Below are positions 31,045 to 42,577 of a DNA stretch of 64,000 bases, piece by piece (within the stretch, counting starts at the first letter, position 1; every line of letters begins with the position of its first letter). Under the pieces are notes generated by a model. That model searched no databases, was not told the origin of the DNA, and saw nothing but the letters and a program-made list of their open reading frames with translations. The stretch spans positions 15,010 through 79,009 of the forward strand of contig JAFSQF010000067.1 in assembly GCA_017446745.1 (NCBI GenBank). The letters run 5' to 3'. Source of the DNA: Bacteroidales bacterium. Lineage in GTDB: Bacteria; Bacteroidota; Bacteroidia; Bacteroidales; P3. The position numbers and the translations under genes were made by a program.

Positions 31045-31977
31045 ATGAAAATCACTTGTGTAGAACCCTTAGGGATGTCGGAAGAGACCCTGAAGCAACA
31101 TAAGGCATTTTTTGCCTCCAAAGGACATGTATTTGCCTATTTCCTCGACCGCAGAGAGGATGATGCCACATTGACAGAAAGGATGCAAGACTCGGATATC
31201 GTTATCATTTCCAACATTAAACTCACGTCGTCAGTTATGGAGCGCTGCAAGAGCCTGAAGATGCTGTCTGTTGCTTTCACAGGCCTTGACCATATCGACA
31301 TGGGCTATTGCCGCAGCCACAACATCCAAGTGAGCAATGCCGCCGGCTATTCCACAACGGCAGTCAGCGAACTGGCCATAGGGCTTATGCTTGATGTCTA
31401 TCGTCGTATCACGGCTCTTGACACTGCCACGCGCGGCAGCGGAAGCCGTGGCACTTTCCTCGGCCGAGAGCTGCGTGGCAAGACAGTCGGTGTGGTAGGT
31501 ACAGGAGCCATAGGCCTTGCAACAATGCGTCTTGCCCAAGCCTTCGGGTGCCGTTTGTTGGCATATAGCCGCAGCGAACGTCCGGAAGCCATGTCACTTG
31601 GTGCGCGTTATTGCACTCTCGACGAGCTCATGACGTTAAGCGATATCGTCACATTGCATGTGCCACTGAACAGCGACACCTACCACCTCGTAGGAGAGCA
31701 CGAGTTGTCGCTGATGAAACCCACAGCAATACTCATCAATACCGCGCGTGGTAATGTGGTTGATATCGACGTGCTTGCCAAAGCATTGACAGAACGCCGT
31801 ATTGCCGGAGCCGGCATCGACGTCTACGAGAAAGAACCACCCCTCGCTGCCGACCATGCCCTGCTGTCGGCACCAAATTGTATTGTTGTACCTCATATTG
31901 GCTACGCCACACGAGAGGCTTTCGACATCCGTGCTGATATTGTTATAGACAACGTAAAACGCTATCTGAAAATATGA
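31045..31977 (+). CDS. D-isomer-specific 2-hydroxyacid dehydrogenase (NAD-binding)
   Basis: GKTVGVVGTGAIGLATMRLAQAFG Rossmann motif. Catalytic R/E/H context (INTARGNVVD...VVPHIGYAT). Confidence 0.88.
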   Translation: MKITCVEPLGMSEETLKQHKAFFASKGHVFAYFLDRREDDATLTERMQDSDIVIISNIKLTSSVMERCKSLKMLSVAFTGLDHIDMGYCRSHNIQVSNAAGYSTTAVSELAIGLMLDVYRRITALDTATRGSGSRGTFLGRELRGKTVGVVGTGAIGLATMRLAQAFGCRLLAYSRSERPEAMSLGARYCTLDELMTLSDIVTLHVPLNSDTYHLVGEHELSLMKPTAILINTARGNVVDIDVLAKALTERRIAGAGIDVYEKEPPLAADHALLSAPNCIVVPHIGYATREAFDIRADIVIDNVKRYLKI

Positions 31978-34364
31978 AACGTTTTTTGCCGATACTCCTT
32001 GCAGTATTGTTGTCCAACCAGGTCGCTTCCCAAGCCATCAGTATTGACGAAGCACGCGAAGCTACGTTGTTTTTCATGGCATGCAATGAACAGCGAAGTC
32101 AGATAGACAGTATGCCCCATCGCGCCACGCTGCGTACAGATGAGGGCTTGAGTGTGGCTTATGTGTTCGACCTCAGCAACTATGGCTTTGTCATCGCCGG
32201 TGCCCTTGACGATTTTGCACCAGTGATAGGCTATTCTTTCAAAGGCGTCTGGGACGAGGGCAGCAGAGTGGAAAACCTGACGAGCTGGCTTCAGGGCTAC
32301 GTGGATGATGTTGATGCAGTGATGCATAGCTACAGTCTCCCCGCGACCATAGAGAAGGAGCAGAAAGAGTGGCGCAGAGAATGGGAGGCCTTGAAGGGCA
32401 GGGACGGCAGCTTTTACGGAGCCAAAAGGGGCAAGTCGGTGGAAGCATTGTTAGAGACGGAGTGGGACCAGACGGCAGGCTACAACAACTACTGTCCCCT
32501 ATACAGCGGAGGCAGCTATTCGTGCCACGGCAGAGCACTGACGGGCTGTGTGGCGACGGCCATGGCTCAAATTATTCGTTATCATCGCTATCCCAATACC
32601 GGCTTCGGGCAAAGAAGCTACTTTCATAGTGTTTATGGCAGCCTCAGTGCGCAGTTCGATTCGGCATACTACAATTACGACCTCATGCCCGCCTACGTCA
32701 ACTATTATTCCCCCAGTCAGGAGCAAGCGGCCGTATCGCTGCTATGCTACCACTGTGGCGTTGCCGTCAAGATGAATTATGAGAATGTCAATCATACCAG
32801 TGGCAGTGGTGCGCATAGCAACGACGTTCCCGCGGCGCTAAAATATTTTGGCTATTTCAATGCATACTACCATGGCAAAAACGCCCATAACGACATCTGG
32901 GATTCGTTGTTGAAAGACAACCTTAACCAGTTGTTGCCGGTCTATTATAGCGGAGAAAGCAGTGCTGGAGGACATGCCTTCGTGTGCGATGGCTATCGTA
33001 ATAGCGGATACTACCATTTCAATTTTGGATGGAGTGGCAGTGGCAACGGCTGGTACACCCTGTCGAGTGTCAACGGTTACTCCACCCGTCAGGATGCGGT
33101 GTTCGACATCAAGCCGTCGGGTATAGGGCCTTTTCACGGACATTACCATGTGTCGCCCGACGGCACAGGCGACGGCACCTCATGGGGCAATGCAACCAGC
33201 AAGTGGTCAGAGGTGATGTCGGCGCTTGACATCTATGGCGGAGGAGAGGTATGGCTGAAGAACGGCGTCTATTATGGAGACACTGCTGCGGAGGTGGCTT
33301 TCACAATTGCGAGAGGAACCACATTGCTTGGTGGCTTCGACGGAACGGAGGAGAGCCCCGACGGGCGGATGTTCTCAGATGGCAACACGGTGCTAAGCGG
33401 CATGGGGCAGCGTCGCATACTTGACGTCCCGAGCAACATAGGCGGATGCAGCCTTAATGGCATTAGCTTTACTGACGGCTATGCCGCGTCGGGTGCAGCA
33501 GTGACATTGGAGGGGGGCGTGAAAGTGGAACGCTGCATTTTCGCCAACAATCGTTGCGACAGTCCTGATGGTGCTGCGCTCTCTACCAGCTCCTCGATGG
33601 TGCTCACCAGCAAGTTCTACAACAACCGCTGCGGAGCCGTCATTTTGAACGGGGTGCCAATGAAGAATAGCTTGGTGGCACACAACGACGGTTTCGGTGT
33701 TGCAGCGAACGGAGGCACCGTTGAAGGTTGCGACATAGTGTGCAACAAAGGTGTCGGACTGTTATGCTCTGGCAATTCAAAGATAAGGAACACAGTGTTG
33801 TGGCATAACGACAGCTCCATGGCCATTGCTGGCACGCTGACGATGACCTTCTGTGCTGCCGAGGGCTTTGGCGAGCGCGACAGCAACAGCAATTTCGGGC
33901 TGACCCACGAGAACCGGCCTGCCGAAGGCCTCGGCCCCTATTTTATCATGCCCGACACCACGGTGGGTGTTTCCGAAGAGTTGGGCGACTGGCATCTTAG
34001 CAGCCTCTCGCCCCTGGTGGATGCCGGCGACACACTGCGTGGTGCCATTTATTCCTACGACCTCGACTATAGCGGTCGGCAGCGTGGAGGACGCACCGAC
34101 ATAGGCTGTCTTGAATGGATTCCAGGCAATGCAATAGAGGCCACCGATGCAGACTGCCGAATGCGAGTGTTCCCTAATCCCTGCGGAGGCATGTTCACCT
34201 TGGATGTCGCCGAGGGTGGTCTGGTCAGCATTTATGACATGATGGGGCGTCTTGTGAAGACCCTGCAATGTCAGGGACGCACAGAGATAGACATAAGCCA
34301 CCTGCCCGACGGCATTTATCTGCTTCGCATGGGCATGACGACAAAAACGCTTATAAAGAGATAA
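31974..34364 (+). CDS. C10 (streptopain-like) cysteine peptidase with beta-helix region and T9SS C-terminal sorting domain
   Basis: N-terminal inhibitor-like prodomain, catalytic Cys context ALTGCVATAMAQIIRYH, His context GGHAFVCDGY, and a parallel beta-helix-like Gly/Asn-rich middle. The C-terminal roughly 80 aa (VFPNPCGGMFTLDV...GIYLLRM) is typical of T9SS CTDs. Confidence 0.85.
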   Translation: MKRFLPILLAVLLSNQVASQAISIDEAREATLFFMACNEQRSQIDSMPHRATLRTDEGLSVAYVFDLSNYGFVIAGALDDFAPVIGYSFKGVWDEGSRVENLTSWLQGYVDDVDAVMHSYSLPATIEKEQKEWRREWEALKGRDGSFYGAKRGKSVEALLETEWDQTAGYNNYCPLYSGGSYSCHGRALTGCVATAMAQIIRYHRYPNTGFGQRSYFHSVYGSLSAQFDSAYYNYDLMPAYVNYYSPSQEQAAVSLLCYHCGVAVKMNYENVNHTSGSGAHSNDVPAALKYFGYFNAYYHGKNAHNDIWDSLLKDNLNQLLPVYYSGESSAGGHAFVCDGYRNSGYYHFNFGWSGSGNGWYTLSSVNGYSTRQDAVFDIKPSGIGPFHGHYHVSPDGTGDGTSWGNATSKWSEVMSALDIYGGGEVWLKNGVYYGDTAAEVAFTIARGTTLLGGFDGTEESPDGRMFSDGNTVLSGMGQRRILDVPSNIGGCSLNGISFTDGYAASGAAVTLEGGVKVERCIFANNRCDSPDGAALSTSSSMVLTSKFYNNRCGAVILNGVPMKNSLVAHNDGFGVAANGGTVEGCDIVCNKGVGLLCSGNSKIRNTVLWHNDSSMAIAGTLTMTFCAAEGFGERDSNSNFGLTHENRPAEGLGPYFIMPDTTVGVSEELGDWHLSSLSPLVDAGDTLRGAIYSYDLDYSGRQRGGRTDIGCLEWIPGNAIEATDADCRMRVFPNPCGGMFTLDVAEGGLVSIYDMMGRLVKTLQCQGRTEIDISHLPDGIYLLRMGMTTKTLIKR

Positions 34365-34400
34365 AACGAACAGGCCAGTTATTGCTGGCCTGTTCGTTTT
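34364..34400. terminator. bidirectional terminator between convergent genes
   Basis: Perfect 16-bp stem AAAACGAACAGGCCAG / CTGGCCTGTTCGTTTT with a 5-nt loop. Confidence 0.75.
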
Positions 34401-34417
34401 ATTGGGTGGAGGGATAT

Positions 34418-35734
34418 TTATTTCACGGGGTGGTCGGCGTGGAATTTCTCCAGACGGGCTTTAAGGTCGGGGAATTGGTCGCGTTGCACCAGAGCCACGC
34501 AGGCGCGTATGCCTTGCTTGTGGCTTCCCGTGATGTCGAGGGCGATGGCGCTGATGCCATACCGGATAAGCTCGTTGAGGAGGTCGACGCCGCCGAAGCC
34601 GGGGTAGCAGAAGGTGAAGTAGAAACCGTCGCCGATATCTTCGCCCATATCCTTGTCGTACACAATAAAGAAGCCGTTGTCGGTGAAGAGTTTCTTCATG
34701 ATAGCGGCCTTTGCGCCGTATTCCTTGATGTCGTTGACGAAGTTGAAGGTGCCGTCGTTGGCGCCCTTAAGCATGGCGGCCATGGCGTACTGCACGCTGT
34801 GGGCGGTGCCCGACGAGAGGCAGTAGAGGGTGCCGAAGATGAGAGCGCGACCCAACTGGGTTTGGCTGTAGTAGCGAGCCAAGTCGGGGCATTCCATGTT
34901 GAAGAGCTTGGGGCTGCACACCATCATGGCTATGCGTTCGCCGGCGTAGCTGAAGCTCTTGGAGCCGGAGATCATGATGACGTAGCGGTCGGTGTATTTA
35001 GCCACGGTGGGTTGGAAAGGAGGTTGCCCGGGCACGCTGTAGTCCTTACGGAAGTCCATGAGGAAATAGGCGGAGTCTTCCATCACTACCACGCCATACT
35101 TGTTGGCCATCTCGCCGATGATCTGAAGCTCATGTTCGGTGAAGCAGAACCATGCGGGGTTGTTGGGGCTGCTGTAGATAAGGCATGCCACATCGCCGTC
35201 GCGGAGCTCCTCTTCCAGTTTGTCGCGCAGCTTGTCGCCACGGTATTCATAAACGTCGAAGCTCTTCATGGGGATGCCCAGCACGCGGCACTGCTGTTTC
35301 TGCACGGGGAAGCCGGGGTCGATGAAGAGCACCTTGGTTTTCTTGGCGTCGTAGCGCGTAAGGGTAAGGAAGCTGGCGAAGCCGGCCTGCATAGAGCCCA
35401 CGGTGGGCACGCAGCAGTCGGGCGTGACGTCGATGTCGAGGAAGTTCTTCACGAAGCGTGCGGCCTCTTTCTTGAAGTCGGCAGTGCCATAGATCTCGGG
35501 ATAGATAGAGGCGACGCCGTTCTTCAGGGCCTCGATCTGAGCGTCGACGCCGATCTTGGGAGCGGGCAGGCCGGGGATGCCCATCTCCATCTTTACGAAG
35601 CGGATGCCCGTCTCGGCCTCGACATCCTGGATCATCTTGCGCATCTCGCGGATGCTGGCTTTGCCGGGATTCTGAATCTTGTTGTTGCCCGCAATGCGGT
35701 CTATCGTTTCTTTCTGTATGGGTATTTGAGTCAT
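34418..35734 (-). CDS. class I/II PLP-dependent aminotransferase
   Basis: 438 aa. SGSKSFSYAGERIA contains the PLP-binding Lys. NNPAW is an Asn-Pro motif. Confidence 0.88.
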   Translation of the reverse strand: MTQIPIQKETIDRIAGNNKIQNPGKASIREMRKMIQDVEAETGIRFVKMEMGIPGLPAPKIGVDAQIEALKNGVASIYPEIYGTADFKKEAARFVKNFLDIDVTPDCCVPTVGSMQAGFASFLTLTRYDAKKTKVLFIDPGFPVQKQQCRVLGIPMKSFDVYEYRGDKLRDKLEEELRDGDVACLIYSSPNNPAWFCFTEHELQIIGEMANKYGVVVMEDSAYFLMDFRKDYSVPGQPPFQPTVAKYTDRYVIMISGSKSFSYAGERIAMMVCSPKLFNMECPDLARYYSQTQLGRALIFGTLYCLSSGTAHSVQYAMAAMLKGANDGTFNFVNDIKEYGAKAAIMKKLFTDNGFFIVYDKDMGEDIGDGFYFTFCYPGFGGVDLLNELIRYGISAIALDITGSHKQGIRACVALVQRDQFPDLKARLEKFHADHPVK

Positions 35735-35784
35735 GATATTATATTTTGGGTTTTAGATTAGTGTCGTTATTTCGATGATTATTT

Positions 35785-35920
35785 TTCGATATCTCGATGT
35801 TTCGTGGTTTCGATGTTTCGTGGTTTCTATGTTTCGTGGTTTCGATGCTTCGATATTTCGATATTTCGATGCTTCGATATTTCGATGTTTCGAAGTTCCT
35901 ATGTTTCGAAGTCTCGAAGG
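35785..35920. repeat. 17 consecutive in-phase 8-bp units (consensus TTCGATGT)
   Basis: Hand-parsed units: TTCGATAT CTCGATGT TTCGTGGT TTCGATGT TTCGTGGT TTCTATGT TTCGTGGT TTCGATGC TTCGATAT TTCGATAT TTCGATGC TTCGATAT TTCGATGT TTCGAAGT TCCTATGT TTCGAAGT CTCGAAGG. No indels. Confidence 0.9.
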
Positions 35921-35927
35921 GAAAAAG

Positions 35928-36875
35928 TCATTTTACATTCCAGTCTTTCAGTTTGGTGACATTTATGGGGCTTATTTCTTTTATTATGGTGTATATCTCT
36001 TTCTGTTCTTCGGCGGGAGCCGGGGTGAAAATGGAAACGATCTCGTCGATTTTCATATCTAAAAATTGGGTGACGGAGAGCAGGTTGCTGCGTTTTTTAT
36101 GCACCTGTTGCAGGTATTTAAGGGCCTGCATGATGTTGGCGCGTGCTTGAGGCTGGTCTTTGGTCATCATGTCAAGGCCAAGGCGATAGTAATAATAATA
36201 GACGCTGTGCAAGGCTTCGTAGGCCGAGTTGGTGTGGTTTTCCATAAACCAGTAGCGTGCTTTTTGGCTGTCGCCGGAGCGCCATCCTTTATACTGGCTT
36301 CCTGCCATGCTGCTGACAGTTTGTTGGATGTTTTGTGCCATGTCGAAGAAAGGGGCGCCGCCGTTGGGGCCATAAGAGTCGAAATAGAGGCCCAGCATGA
36401 TGTAGCAGTAGTATGCCAGGGTCGATGAGAGGTTGTCGTAGAAACTGTTGGGGTCAAATTCCAGAGGCTGGCTTTCGTTGAACGAGAAGAGGAGGTCGTT
36501 GCTTCCCTCCATATAGTTGAAAAGGCCGGTGGTGTAGTTGGAGTTATACACCGGACGGCGTAGCTGGACAGAGATCTGGCCGCCGAAGTCGGTGGCCGTT
36601 GTTCGTTGTGAGAGAACGATAGTGATAGAGCAGTCGATGCGTTCCACCTGTTCAAACTCCAGGTTGGTCCAGTGACGGTTGTTGACGAAATCCTCCACGT
36701 CGCGTTTCATGGTCTCGAAGATCTTGATGTCGCCGGTCTCGTACTGTTGGGTAGTGCTTTGTAGTTTCTGATAATTAATGTTCACTCCGCAACGGAACTC
36801 CTGAGCCCGGGCAGAGATGAGGAAAAGGTTTAATATCAACAGCCACAATAATTTCTTCACAATCAATGACAGCAA
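35928..36875 (-). CDS. DUF4835-like (PorD-like) secreted protein
   Basis: Signal peptide, then AQEFRCGVNINYQKLQ...FVNNRHWTNLEF...ERIDCSITIVL. I recall this as the DUF4835 pattern. This is from memory only, not a search. Confidence 0.5.
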   Translation of the reverse strand: MLSLIVKKLLWLLILNLFLISARAQEFRCGVNINYQKLQSTTQQYETGDIKIFETMKRDVEDFVNNRHWTNLEFEQVERIDCSITIVLSQRTTATDFGGQISVQLRRPVYNSNYTTGLFNYMEGSNDLLFSFNESQPLEFDPNSFYDNLSSTLAYYCYIMLGLYFDSYGPNGGAPFFDMAQNIQQTVSSMAGSQYKGWRSGDSQKARYWFMENHTNSAYEALHSVYYYYYRLGLDMMTKDQPQARANIMQALKYLQQVHKKRSNLLSVTQFLDMKIDEIVSIFTPAPAEEQKEIYTIIKEISPINVTKLKDWNVK

Positions 36876-37064
36876 TTTCGAGTTTGCAAAGATAACAAAA
36901 TAATAATGATAATATTGTACACATATAAGATATTGTTCATTAAAAAAACGATGAATAATGTATTATAACTTGATATACAACACAATGAGTTGTCAAAAAA
37001 TTTATTCACATTTTGTTGATAATTCTTGCACGTAAAAAGCTGTTAATAATTTAGAAAAAATTAG

Positions 37065-37072
37065 TATTTTTG
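37065..37072 (+). promoter_or_regulatory. candidate -7 box (TATTTTTG) for gyrB
   Basis: Exact TAnnTTTG match 30 nt upstream of the gyrB ATG. Confidence 0.45.
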
Positions 37073-37101
37073 CAAATTCAAAAAGAAAAAAGAAAAGATA
37101 G

Positions 37102-39060
<1,959 letters not shown>

Positions 39061-39174
39061 AATTCTCCTTAGAAGCCAGAGGATATAGAGAGGCTATAAC
39101 CCCCACAAAATCCGGAAAATCCAGAATGTCTATGGCTTCCAGAAAATCTATAAAGAACAATAAAATAATCAACT

Positions 39175-39924
39175 ATGGATAAACGAAATCTTCTTCTCAT
39201 CAGCAACAGCACCATGCGAGGCGAGGCCTATCTGGGCTGGTGCAAGGACATGATTGCCGACTTTTGCAAACGCCACAACGTCAAGCGAGTGCTTTTCATT
39301 CCTTATGCAGGCGTATCGCTGGCCCCAAATGGTTTGACAAAGAGCTATGATGCCTACGAAGCCAAGGTGGCCGCCGTATATAAGGAGTTTGGCGTGAAGC
39401 TGACATCGGTGCATCATAAAGCATTGCCCGTGAATGCTGTATACGACACCGACTGCGTAGCTGTGGGAGGAGGCAACACATTCCATCTGGTGCGCGAGTT
39501 GCAGCGCACCGGCTTGATGCAGGCTATCCGCCAGCGTGCCTTCGACGGCATGCCCTACATGGGCTGGAGTGCCGGCAGCAATGTGGCAGGTCCGACGCTC
39601 TGCACCACCAACGATATGCCCATCGTCATGCCGGCATCGTTCGACTGTATGGGGCTGGTGCCTTTCCAGATCAACCCTCACTACACCGACTTCTTCGACC
39701 CCAAGCATGGCGGCGAGACGCGCGACGACCGCCTGAAGGAGTATATCATGGTGAACCCCAAGGCCACCGTGGCTGCCATACGCGAGGCAACGGCCCTGCT
39801 GCTCGAAGAGGGCAAGCTCTCCCTTATCGGGAAACCCAACAAGATGAAAGTCTTCAAAACCAAGATGGAGAACACCATGGAGTACAGTCTTACAGACGAC
39901 CTCAACTTCCTGCTGAAAGCATAA
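39175..39924 (+). CDS. pepE: dipeptidase E (S51 peptidase)
   Basis: LLLISNST...VGGGNTFHL...GWSAGSNV nucleophile-Ser context. Confidence 0.85.
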   Translation: MDKRNLLLISNSTMRGEAYLGWCKDMIADFCKRHNVKRVLFIPYAGVSLAPNGLTKSYDAYEAKVAAVYKEFGVKLTSVHHKALPVNAVYDTDCVAVGGGNTFHLVRELQRTGLMQAIRQRAFDGMPYMGWSAGSNVAGPTLCTTNDMPIVMPASFDCMGLVPFQINPHYTDFFDPKHGGETRDDRLKEYIMVNPKATVAAIREATALLLEEGKLSLIGKPNKMKVFKTKMENTMEYSLTDDLNFLLKA

Positions 39925-39936
39925 TAGTAAAGACCT

Positions 39937-40224
39937 ATGCCGACGACCTTAGAGTCCAATACCAGAGACACATTGGCAAACGTATTGATGATTAACAGCC
40001 AAGGATTACTGTTGTCTGTTTGCGGGCATGACTATTTTCTTTCGTTCAATCGAGTGCCGTGGATGCGTGATGCCTCCATCAATGATGTACTCGATGTTCG
40101 CATGAGTGGACGCAATGCCATCGAGTGGCCGTCACTAGACGTTGACCTGGAAATCGACAGCCTTCGCCACCCGGAGCGCTATCCACTGCTCATCCGCCGC
40201 AATGAATTTGACAGCGTGGTATAG
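39937..40224 (+). CDS. DUF2442-like small protein
   Basis: FNRVPWMRDASINDVLDV...IEWPSLDVDLEIDSLRHPERYPL matches the DUF2442 pattern as I remember it. The true start may be the internal MINSQ. Confidence 0.55.
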   Translation: MPTTLESNTRDTLANVLMINSQGLLLSVCGHDYFLSFNRVPWMRDASINDVLDVRMSGRNAIEWPSLDVDLEIDSLRHPERYPLLIRRNEFDSVV

Positions 40225-40353
40225 GCACAACCATCAAACCTTATCCTACACCGTGTCAGTGTGGGGTTTACTGCGGTGTGTGGAATGTTTTCGAAATACT
40301 TAGTCTTTTGATATTAAGTATTTACTTGAATCAGCATATAATCATGACTAAAA

Positions 40354-40390
40354 ATAGGGGCGGCAGAATACTATTCTTTGCCGCCCCTAT
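40354..40390. terminator. long hairpin between convergent genes
   Basis: ATAGGGGCGGCA / TGCCGCCCCTAT outer stem, extended by AGAATA / TATTCT. Confidence 0.7.
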
Positions 40391-40423
40391 GGGTTATAAA
40401 ATCAATTATAAACAGGTTTCTTT

Positions 40424-41338
40424 TTAGTTTTCATAAGTATAATAAAATAAGGGATATTTATTGTCATCAACCACTATATACATCGTGGTAGGATACATTC
40501 CTGACGCATCATAGTCATAGCTGAATGTTCTCGTCTCATGATGCTTGCCACCCATCATTGTTATGTTGTTCTTATTTACCAATAAATTACCAAAGAAACA
40601 ATTATAGCCTTTTATATCAAAGATATATTTTGAGTACCCTATACACAACTTATCAAAATGTAACGGGTAAGACAACGATTCAATTACACCTACTGGGAAA
40701 GATAGAGGGTTGGGATGATTATCATAAGTAAAAACTGCATCAGAATAATCAAAGAATGAAGCATTTGTAACATTACCATTTGAATATGAATAAATTTTTT
40801 CTCCCACATTACGTAATACTAACGCATCTTCCGCATCTTCGTTATGCGTATTGTACCAATAGTACGTGTTGATTTTCGACACATTACCTTCATTATCATA
40901 CTCTACAGTTACGTAAGGCAGATGCTCTTCGTCTAATCCCTGAAGGTACCAGTCCTCAGGATCCAAAGGAATATGGATAATAGCTTTGTTGATTTTTCCA
41001 TTGGAATAAAGATATTCGAAATCAACTCCGCCCTTTCGACCTGAGATATGAGTGTTGACAACCCTATCGTCCTTATAGGTAAAGGAATAACTTAAAGTGT
41101 CATAAATATCTGTATACGCGATTTCAGATATTTTATTATTATTCCAAGAGAAATGGCATTTCATTGACCTTGGTGTAACAGAATCGTTAGTTGTAATACT
41201 GCTAATTCTGCGTTCAGGCCATGCCATCCCACCCCCGGAAGGGGCGGTTCCGGATTCGGATAGTGATTCTTTTCCGCAGCCAGTAAAGAGGACTGCTGCC
41301 GATGCTAACATTAGCATCAATAATCTGTGTTTTTTCAT
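40424..41338 (-). CDS. hypothetical lipoprotein
   Basis: Start set at MKKHRLLMLMLASAAVLFTGC (lipobox). Tyr/Asn-rich body, with no family recognised. Confidence 0.55.
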   Translation of the reverse strand: MKKHRLLMLMLASAAVLFTGCGKESLSESGTAPSGGGMAWPERRISSITTNDSVTPRSMKCHFSWNNNKISEIAYTDIYDTLSYSFTYKDDRVVNTHISGRKGGVDFEYLYSNGKINKAIIHIPLDPEDWYLQGLDEEHLPYVTVEYDNEGNVSKINTYYWYNTHNEDAEDALVLRNVGEKIYSYSNGNVTNASFFDYSDAVFTYDNHPNPLSFPVGVIESLSYPLHFDKLCIGYSKYIFDIKGYNCFFGNLLVNKNNITMMGGKHHETRTFSYDYDASGMYPTTMYIVVDDNKYPLFYYTYEN

Positions 41339-41628
41339 TGTGTGGTGTATTTGTAAGTTTTGTGCATAATTGCCAAATAAAAAAGGTACAAGCCTTTCCA
41401 TCTGCCTTACTGGTTCACCACAACCATCTACAATCATGGACAACTTGCACCTATAAAAAGCGCAAAAAACCAATATTGCAGATGATACTCGAATCAACTT
41501 CAAGGTGGTGATTTGTAAGGCAATTGAGTTCTTCTACCGTCAGTGTCATTTCTCTCGACAAAGACGGTGCAAAAATACACACTTTTCCCGACATGACAAA
41601 ATATTTTTGCCATTTCATTGAAAAGTTG

Positions 41629-41636
41629 TATTTTTG
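41629..41636 (+). promoter_or_regulatory. candidate -7 box (TATTTTTG) for nfo
   Basis: Exact match 65 nt upstream of the ATG. A second match lies at 41602-41609. Confidence 0.4.
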
Positions 41637-41700
41637 CATGGATTATAGTTCCTAACAATTAATGGATAATTAATGGCTATTAACATAAAATAAAGATACC

Positions 41701-42540
41701 ATGACGAAATATATTGGGGCGCATGTCAGCGCAAGCGGGGGCGTGGGGAACGCCATATTGAATGCTGAAGCCATAGGGGCCAACGCTTTTGCTTTATTCA
41801 CGCGGAATCAACGCAGCTGGGTCAGCAAGCCATTGGCCCAAGCGGAGATTGAGGGCTTCAAGACACTACTTGTCGAGAGGGGCTTCGAACCCCGTTACGT
41901 GCTTCCTCACGACAGCTATCTTATCAACCTTGGATCGCCCGACGAGGAGACACTTCAGAAAAGCCGTGCGGCATTCCTCGACGAGATGCGCCGCGCCCAA
42001 CAGCTGGGTCTGACAATGCTCAACTTCCACCCAGGCAGTCATTTGAACAAGATTGGCGAAGAAGAATGCCTGGACCAGATAGCAAGAGAGATAAATCTGG
42101 CGCTGAGCATGACCGAGGGAGTCACGGCCGTGATAGAGAACACCGCAGGGCAGGGCACCAACCTGGGATGGAAATTTGAACATATAGCCCGCATTATCCA
42201 GGGTGTTGACGACAAGAGCCGCGTGGGGGTGTGCATCGACACCTGCCATACCATAGCTGCCGGCTACGACATTTCCACCGAGATGGGATACCAGTTCACT
42301 ATGGACGAGTTCGAGCGTGTGGTGGGCTTCAAATATCTGCGAGCCATGCACCTCAACGACAGCAAGAAAGGTGCCGGCAGCCATGTGGACCGCCACGAAG
42401 TGCTGGGCGAAGGCACCGTAGGCAAGGACTTCTTTGTCCGCATGATGCACGACGAGCGTTTCGACAATATTCCCATTATCTTGGAGACCCCCGACCCAAG
42501 CCGATGGGCCGACGAGATAAAATGGCTGCGAAGCCTTTGA
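41701..42540 (+). CDS. nfo: endonuclease IV (deoxyribonuclease IV)
   Basis: 279 aa. [30 protein letters not shown] and HLNDSK metal-ligand motifs. Confidence 0.93.
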   Translation: MTKYIGAHVSASGGVGNAILNAEAIGANAFALFTRNQRSWVSKPLAQAEIEGFKTLLVERGFEPRYVLPHDSYLINLGSPDEETLQKSRAAFLDEMRRAQQLGLTMLNFHPGSHLNKIGEEECLDQIAREINLALSMTEGVTAVIENTAGQGTNLGWKFEHIARIIQGVDDKSRVGVCIDTCHTIAAGYDISTEMGYQFTMDEFERVVGFKYLRAMHLNDSKKGAGSHVDRHEVLGEGTVGKDFFVRMMHDERFDNIPIILETPDPSRWADEIKWLRSL

Positions 42541-42577
42541 GGAACATACCATCGTTCAATTATTACGTAATTGTTAA

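Noticed and set aside
34268-35761. 497-aa plus-strand ORF overlapping the aminotransferase gene
   Set aside because: It is antisense to a gene with clear PLP-aminotransferase motifs. The product is a low-information G/A/V/E/H-rich sequence.
35775-36150. ORFs encoding FRYFDASIFRCFD-type repeats
   Set aside because: Translation of the 8-bp tandem array. An 8-nt period cannot maintain a reading-frame repeat, so the peptide periodicity is an artefact.
39061-39170. Loose repeats of GAAAATCC / CCAGAA words and a 7-bp inverted repeat between gyrB and pepE
   Set aside because: The repeats are too short and degenerate to distinguish from chance in a 110-bp spacer.
41339-41503. Longer start for the lipoprotein ORF (MKLIRVSS...)
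   Set aside because: The internal Met gives a textbook lipoprotein signal peptide with lipobox (LFTGC). The upstream 55 codons are Cys/Phe-rich and AT-rich.
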